NCBI RefSeq assembly: GCF_000142905.1
Contig: NW_013657672.1
Location: 142,244-206,243 of the forward strand
Reading direction: 5' to 3'
Length of the DNA: 64,000 nucleotides
Source: Thecamonas trahens ATCC 50062
Lineage: Eukaryota; Protista; Apusomonadida
This document shows, piece after piece, positions 57,530-64,000 of this stretch. The stretch's first letter is position 1. Each line of letters starts with the position of its first letter. A program made the position numbers and the translations under genes. The notes beneath the pieces are model-generated. The model was not told where the DNA came from and searched no databases. It saw only the letters and a program-made list of their open reading frames with translations.

Positions 57530-58887
57530 CTACGACGAGGACGACGACGAGTACGACGACGAGTCGCGGAAGCCCGGCGCAAAGCCCGGCGATGATGAGC
57601 TCGACGAGCTGCGGCCACGCGATGCAGCGAGGCCAGTAAACTCGGATGAAGCCGAGTCGGATGACGAGCCCGAGACGGCGCCGACTGACTGCTCGTCGAT
57701 GAAGCCGTCGGAATCCTCGGAAATGTCCGGCCTCGGTCTGCTTGCCTTGCCCTTGCCTCTGGACTTGCCACCTCTCGACTTGCCGCCTCTAGACTTTCCG
57801 CCTCTGGACTTGCTGGCCTTGCTGGCTGCGGCGTCGAGCTTGTCCTGAGCATGAAAATCAAAGACTGCGCCTGGAAAGACAATGACAAGAACGGTGATGT
57901 TGTCGCCGGAGCGACGGTTGAGAGCCTTGATGACGAGCTTGCGCGCGATCTGGCGGGCCGACTCGCCGGCTGCCAGCAGCTCAAGCACGTAGTTGACGGC
58001 GGTCTGGTTGTCGACGACGTCCCAGAGACCATCCGAGGCGACAATCACAAATTGGGTCTCGGGCGTGACGTCCGAGTACGAGACAAACGGCTGGGCGTTG
58101 AGGATGCGCTTGCGAGGGTTGCCTGCCGCTTTGAACGTCTTGTCTCCTATGCTCCGTGTGACGGCAATGAGCGAGTTCCCCTCGCGGGCACGGACGTACT
58201 TGCCGCGGATGCGGGCACCGAGCGCGCGCAGCCGCTTGGCCTCTTCGGGCAGGTCGACGTTGTGATCGACAGTCAACGGTTGGGCGACGCCTGCGATGGA
58301 GAGGACGGCGCGCGAGTCGCCGAGGTTCGCGGCGACGATCTGGGTGTGTGTGATGGCCACCATGGTTGCCGTTGAACCGTCCTTCATGTCGCGCGTGACA
58401 GCCATGGAGAGATAGGCGTCATCAGCCTCGAGAAAGGCTTTTGTCAGCTCCTCGGGCAGCAGATGCGGCGCATGCTTAGCCACTATGCCCGGGAAATGCT
58501 GCATGCACCACGCCGCCGCCGCCTCGCCCGAATGGCCGTCAAAGACACAAAACAGAGCGGTGTCAGGCATGGCCGCACACAGTGGTGCCGAGACAGAGAA
58601 TCGGTCTTCATTGTATGCACGTTTAGACTGAAAGGAGGGAGAGGGAGAGGGAGAGGGAGCGGGTGGGGTGGGGGGGGGGGGGGTGGAGGGTGGCGGTGAG
58701 GAGGCTGATCAGCAACAGAGGTGATCGATCAGGGGCTGATCAAGGCAACGGCAATGGCAGGGACAGGGGGGGGAAGAGGGGCGAGGGGGGGGGGGAAGGG
58801 AGAGAGCGGGAGGCGTACTTGTGAGTTACAGGCACCAATGTCCAGTTCTGGCAAGGCAGACTCTCCAGCAGAGCATGCAGCACCCAT
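57530..58887 (-). CDS. PP2C/PPM phosphatase with an MGxxC N-terminus; exon 1 at 58887-58819, intron 58628-58818
   Basis: Spliced GACNSQ|SKRAYNEDR; FCVFDGH; ANLGDSRAV; LTVDH; VTRSIGD; ASDGLWD; SGDNITV. Confidence 0.92.
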
Positions 58888-59179
58888 GGTATGGGTGGTG
58901 TGTGTGCGTGTGTGTGGTGGGGGGGGGAGGGGGGGGGAGGGAGGGGAGGGGTGTGGGGGGTTGGGCTGGTGGCAGCGGGTGGCGGTGGTGGCTGGCCGGG
59001 GCCGATGGCCGCTGCCACTCGCCGCGGGCGCACCCTCCGCCACTGGCAGTCGTAGGTCGTCGGCCCGCCCTGTCTGTGACACCAGCCACACCAGCCACAC
59101 CTGGCACGCCTGGCACTCCTGCCCGACACCTGACACACCACACACACCTTGCGCACCCACTCACCAATACATATACGTC

Positions 59180-59875
59180 ATGGCTGATGATACACCGCAC
59201 AAGGTGGTCCATGTCACTGGATTTGGCCCCTTTCCAGGCGTGCCCGTCAACCCCACCACGAGCCTGGCGGCTTCCCTCGCGAGCCATCCTGATGTGGCCA
59301 GCAGCTCGGTGGTGAGGACTGCCATTGGCGGTGCATCCGATGCCATTGCTGCGCTGGCAGCGGCGCATGCGCTGGTTCCTGGATCGGACGCTGCAGGAGA
59401 CTCTGCGGGCGAGGCCGAGGCTGCGGGGGCGATCGAGACCGGGACCGAGGTCGCACGGCGGACCACACTGCTGCTTCATCTCGGCGTGGCGGCGTCGGCG
59501 ACAGGAGTCCGGTTGGAGCAACGGGCATACAACGAGGCAAGCTTCCGGGTTCCTGATCAAGATGGGGCGCAGCTGAGCGACGAGCCTATCGACGAGGTGA
59601 TGCCGACCGAGTCCTGGCTGGAGACACTTCTGCCGCTCGAGCGCATTGCCGCACTCATGAGCGACGCACACCCTGACGTCCCGATCGAGGTCTCAACAGA
59701 TGCTGGGCGATATTTGTGTAACTACCTGTACTACAAATCGCTCCGCCTCGCGCACGGCTCGTCAAACTTGCACTCGCTCTTTGTCCACATCCCCCCGCTC
59801 TCAGTCATCGCGTTTGAGGCCCAAGCCGAGTTTCTCGCTGCCCTTGTCGACGCCCTTGTTGATGCCATGCCATGA
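59180..59875 (+). CDS. Pyroglutamyl-peptidase I (family C15)
   Basis: VTGFGPF..VPVNPT, LHLGV, LEQRAYN (Glu), STDAGRYLCNY (Cys) and FVHIP (His). Confidence 0.93.
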   Translation: MADDTPHKVVHVTGFGPFPGVPVNPTTSLAASLASHPDVASSSVVRTAIGGASDAIAALAAAHALVPGSDAAGDSAGEAEAAGAIETGTEVARRTTLLLHLGVAASATGVRLEQRAYNEASFRVPDQDGAQLSDEPIDEVMPTESWLETLLPLERIAALMSDAHPDVPIEVSTDAGRYLCNYLYYKSLRLAHGSSNLHSLFVHIPPLSVIAFEAQAEFLAALVDALVDAMP

Positions 59876-60093
59876 GCCCAAGCCCCACTCTCACCCCCCA
59901 TTTCCCTCCATTCCCCCCATCCCTACCACCATCTGAACATTTCTATCCATATCCTCCTTCCCTCCGTGCCGCTGCTCTCTTTGATCGCCCCCGCGTGGGA
60001 CGCGCATATGCGATGCGACACGCGGCCTTCTCTCTCTCTCCTTCCCTCCTTCCCCTCCCTTCTCCCCCTCCCCCCGTCCACACCTCACTCTAC

Positions 60094-61100
60094 ATGGCCG
60101 ACCTCCTCTCTTGGGTCCTTTCATGGGTCCCCGGCCTCGGCCCAGACCCGTTCTCGGCCTCTGCCATGTACGCTGCCCCCCCCCCCCTCCCTACCCCCCT
60201 CGCACTCCCCTTCACTTCCTCACGGCAGACACTCACCTCATGGCGGACAGGCGGACAGCGCTGCGGGCAACCAGTGTACGGGCAGAGCTGCTTCAGAGGC
60301 AGACAGACAATCGGGTGGCTGCACTGGAGGCTGATGTGGCTGATTTGTTTCGCAAAGGCAAGTGCAGGCATGCTCGGCTGCGTGTGGAGGCGATCTTGGC
60401 CGAGCTCGAGACCTTGCATGTGCTGGAGATTGTGCATCCGCTTGCCGAGCTCTGTCTGGCGAGGCTGCACTTGCTCGAGGTGCCTGCAGTGGAGGATGAG
60501 CCTTTGTTGACTGCAGTTCGATCGTTGGTCTTTGCCGCCCCGCGCGTATCGCAGCTGAAGGAGTTGGTGGCTGTGGCGGATCAGGCGTCGCGCCGGTTCG
60601 AGCCGGAGGTACTCGCGGTGCCTGCGTCAGGCGAGGGCGTTCATGCCAGGCTCTATGCGCTGCTCACGCGCAGCGCATCGACGCCGCCTGTCGCGGCTGT
60701 CGACGCTCGTGTGGCACGCATCGCCAAGATCCACAGCCTGCCGGACGACGTGATCGGCAGCAGCGAGAGTGGGGCCGGGCCGTCGGCCGGCCGCGAACGG
60801 CGCATTCAGCCGCTGCTCGACGTAATTGCTGGCCGCATCGCGCGCCTTGAGGGTGGCGGCGTGCAAGAATCAAGCTCCGCACAAGTCCTTGAGCTCCAGC
60901 TGCAGCAAGAAGCACTGTCCCGAGCGCTGAGCCACCCTCAGCCTGGCCCGTGCAGTTGCGGCGCTGCTAACGACGCATGCTTTGTGCCGTGCGGCCACGG
61001 CGGAGTGTGCAAGGCGTGCCTTCCGGCCCGGGCAACGGGCCCGGACTCGAGTTGTGGCGAGTGTGGGTCGCCGATCATGTACATGATCGGGCTGGAGTGA
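60094..61100 (+). CDS. IST1 (ESCRT-III-like) N-domain fused to a C-terminal RING finger; intron 60168-60250
   Basis: ARLRVEAIL...LEIV..LAELCLARL...AVRSLVFAAPR...KEL (IST1 core); CSC...FVPCGHGGVCKAC...CGEC. Splicing gives FSASAMRTALRATSVRAELL. Confidence 0.75.
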
Positions 61101-61157
61101 ATGTGTTTGCAAAAGAAAGGAGAGTTACTGACAAAGACGGAAACAAGCTGCGTGGAG

Positions 61158-63029
61158 CTAGACCTTGATGGCGCGCAGGTTGGTGAGGATGTCCTTAAAG
61201 TCGGGACGAGCGGCAGGGTCAGCGTCCCAGCACGCAACGATGAGGGTCTCGAACGGCTTAGGCACATATCCCGGGATGACCGGCCGCAGGCCCTCGAGCA
61301 GGACCTTCATGCCGACCTGCATGGGGTTCATGCCTTCATACGGGATCTGGCGGGTGGCCATCTCCCACAAGACAATGGCAAACGAGTAGATGTCTGCCTT
61401 GTAGTCGTACGGCTCGTTGCGGAGGACCTCGGGCGCCATCCACTGCGGTGTGCCGCACTGGGTCATGGTGCCGGATGCCTCCTTGGCGGTGGTGAGGCCA
61501 AAGTCGGTGATCTTGACAGTCCAGTTGGTGTCAACCAGCAGGTTGAGTGACTTGAGGTCGCGATGGATGATCGGCGGCTTGTTGCCGTGAAGGTAGGCCA
61601 TGCCCTTGGCGGCGTCGGTTGCCATCCGCACCAGCAGCGCCCAGTCCATGTCGCACGATGGGTCGTGGAGGACCGAGTAGAGTGAGCCGCGGTCGAGGTA
61701 CTCGGTGAGGAGGCACATCGACGACGCCTCGAGGCACGCACCCATAAACAGCGTCACATTCGGGTGCCGGAGCTTGGACATGATCTCGACCTCACCTTGG
61801 AACTCCTCCAGCGCCTGCGGCGAGAGCTTCTGCTCCAGCAGCTTTTTGATGGCCACCTCGGTCCCACGCCACACGCCGTACCACACCTCACCGAACGCAC
61901 CGCGGCCGAGGAACCGCCCAAACTCTACGTCCGCCATTTCGATCTCCCAGTCGTGCTTGACCGGCGCGGCGGGCGCGCCCGACGACGATGACGTCGTCGA
62001 CGTCAGCCCCAGCACCGACAGGTCCACGTTTGAGTCGCCCAGCAGGTCGTCCAGCATCGCTGACGCCGCGTCGGCCGCGTCAGCGTCGGCGTCTCCGCCA
62101 CCCATATCCGACGGCGGCGGCGCCGGTGACACAGGCGTGCCCGGCGAGATCCCCATGGGAGAGCCCATGCCCGACATGCCCGCAGGCGAGCCCATGCCCG
62201 GCGAGACCGACGACGGCGTCGCCGACGTGCCAGCAGACGCGCCCATCGACGACAGTGTGCCCACCATCGCCGGCGATGCAAGATCGAGCGGGGACTTGGC
62301 GTCCATGTTAAGAATTGTCGGCCCGGCACCCCGCGAGACCAGGTACTCGGCCACCTGCTGGTGCCGCCAGAAGCATGCGTAGTGCAGCGGCGTGTTGCCA
62401 TGCCGGTTTTTGGCGTTCACGTCGGCTCCCGCACTCTCGCACAACATCCGCGCAATGAGAAAGTGGCCCTGTCCACCCACCGTCAGACAACAAACAAACC
62501 AAGAGAGCCGCACCATCCATGAGTTCCTTACCTCTTTCTCACCACCGTCCGCTCGCCCCCCCCCCCCCCTCCCCTCCCTCCTGCCTTCCCTCCCCCCCCC
62601 CCCCCCTCCGCCACTCTCCCTGTGTTCCGAAAACACAACATTGGCCGAAAAAGGGGCTTGAACAACCACACCCGGTGGAGAAAAGCCACCTCTACCTCTG
62701 CCTACCGTCCCCACCGCCCCCCCTCTCCCTCCCACTCCCCCCCAGCCTCCTTCCCCTACCTCCTCCCCCCCCTCCTCTCCCTTTCCACCTAAGAAAATGC
62801 GTACCTCAGAGGCTGCGTAGTGCAGGGCGGTGTCCGAGGCGCAGTTGCGCTCGTTGGCGTTTGCCCGAAGCTGCACCAGGCGGGTGACGACCTCCTGGTG
62901 GCCCTTGCGGGCGGCCCAGTGAAGCGGGGTAAAGCCGTGCTCGTCCTTCTCGTCCACTGGACGGCCCATCTGGAGCCAGTAGTTGACTCGGGCGACGTTG
63001 CCCTGCGCTGCTGCCGAGTGGATGTTCAT
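61158..63029 (-). CDS. ILK: Integrin-linked-kinase-like ankyrin-repeat TKL kinase with intact catalytic motifs; exon 1 at 63029-62805, intron 62469-62804
   Basis: Ankyrin repeats [22 protein letters not shown] and [14 protein letters not shown]...VAEYLV..GA; kinase [21 protein letters not shown], WMAPE. Confidence 0.8.
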   Translation of the reverse strand: [623 protein letters not shown]

Positions 63030-63207
63030 GTGGGCGCGACAAGTATTGCTACACGCCACACGCCCGCCGTAGCTGTTGCAATTGCCGGCCCGGCAAGCGA
63101 CCAAGGACCGAGACGATTGATTGTGAGAGGTTTGATGTTGTTGATGAAAAGAAATGAAGGGAAACATGCGTGTACGCGCGTGTGCGCAAAGAGAGAGAGA
63201 GAAATAT

Positions 63208-64000
63208 CTACAGCGCCGTGAGCTCGATGCCGCCGTCGGCGTCGGTGCCGTGGGCCGCCTGGGACAGCGGCGACGGGTTGACGAGGGTCTCGGGCGTGCC
63301 GGGCGGGCCGTTATCGTCAGACGAGGACGAGGACGACGAGCTTGCGGCGGCGCCCTGGACCACTGAGCGAGCGCCAGACATGGCCGAGATGACGCGGGTA
63401 CGGGCCTGGTCAAAGAGCGAGGCGTCCTCGGGAGAGAGGGAGCCGCCCGGGGAGCAGCGTGAGACGATCGACTCAATGGTGGCGACGAGGTTACCAGCGG
63501 TCTGCTGACGGAGCGAGACGATGTCGGCGGGTGTGCCTTCCTTAGACTCAAGGAGGTCGTTGACAACCTTGAGCAGGTTGCGCTTGGTGTGGAGGAAGAG
63601 CTTGAGCTGGGCTGCCTCAAAGTGCTTCTTGGGGATCTCGACGGGCGGCGGTGCGACAAAGACGTCCATCTTGCACAGCCGCTCAAAGAGGGCGTTGACT
63701 TCGTTCTTGTTGGAGAAGATAAAGTCGTTGAGCTGCTGCATATGCTGCTCCTTGCCGCCAAACTCCTTGTTGTTGGACAGGTTCTGGAGGACCTTGCCAA
63801 CCATGATGAGCGCGCGGCGCTCGTCGGGCAGCGGGGCCTCAGAGACGAGGACGTACGACTCGGGGGCGGTAATGGCCGGGACGAGGAAGCGGAGGAAGAA
63901 GAAGCCTCCGACGGCGATCGAGTTCTGCGAGTTGGTGTGCTCTTCGAGCAGCCGGCGCGCCGCCGGCGACGTCGGGTCGAGCGCACCCTCGAGCGACTCG
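63208..64000 (-). CDS. RasGAP domain protein (3' part; gene starts beyond the window)
   Basis: AVGGFFFLRFLVPAITAP...RRALIMVGKVLQNLSN...FGGKEQHMQQLNDFI, in frame with ORF 63208-63804. Confidence 0.9.
   Translation of the reverse strand, partial: ESLEGALDPTSPAARRLLEEHTNSQNSIAVGGFFFLRFLVPAITAPESYVLVSEAPLPDERRALIMVGKVLQNLSNNKEFGGKEQHMQQLNDFIFSNKNEVNALFERLCKMDVFVAPPPVEIPKKHFEAAQLKLFLHTKRNLLKVVNDLLESKEGTPADIVSLRQQTAGNLVATIESIVSRCSPGGSLSPEDASLFDQARTRVISAMSGARSVVQGAAASSSSSSSSDDNGPPGTPETLVNPSPLSQAAHGTDADGGIELTAL

Noticed and set aside
63030-63986. N-terminal 319 aa of the 942-aa ORF as part of the kinase
   Set aside because: It is an off-frame read through the RasGAP gene and the intergenic region; the ankyrin protein starts at ATG 63029.
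33752-64000. Functional cluster of animal-like signalling genes (IBTK-like, STAT, ILK-like, RasGAP)
   Set aside because: They are interspersed with unrelated housekeeping genes; there is no evidence of co-regulation, and eukaryotic gene order is usually uninformative.
1-64000. Prokaryotic origin, transposons, tRNA or rRNA genes
   Set aside because: Spliceosomal introns and genes such as ATG7, eIF2A and STAT show the window is eukaryotic. I recognised no transposase, reverse transcriptase, terminal repeats or tRNA/rRNA signatures.

Overview
A GC-rich, gene-dense eukaryotic window with few short GT-AG introns, poly-C/G and CA-rich intergenic tracts and four N gaps. The style and gene content suggest a unicellular amorphean protist, possibly an apusomonad such as Thecamonas trahens (inference, not a database match). 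It holds about 22 protein genes: a giant lysine-poor type I surface protein built from bacterial-adhesin-like repeats, DHX37, a KAD-repeat coiled-coil protein, an SCP/CTDSPL2 phosphatase, two hypotheticals, a LysA resembling the bacterial bifunctional enzyme, ATG7, a monoglyceride lipase, glucosidase II beta, an IBTK-like RCC1-BTB protein, an F-box-TLDc fusion, eIF2A, a repeat coiled-coil protein, an M14 carboxypeptidase, STAT, ABCC, TMEM209, PP2C, pyroglutamyl peptidase I, an IST1-RING fusion, an ILK-like ankyrin kinase and a partial RasGAP. There is also an 18-copy ~60-bp minisatellite. The main highlights are an ILK-like protein whose kinase motifs are all intact (animal ILK is a pseudokinase) and which carries an LD-like motif, and a STAT with a full animal-type N-domain in an exon the ORF track misses. 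Family assignments come from motif recognition by eye; several frame breaks are probably assembly errors.
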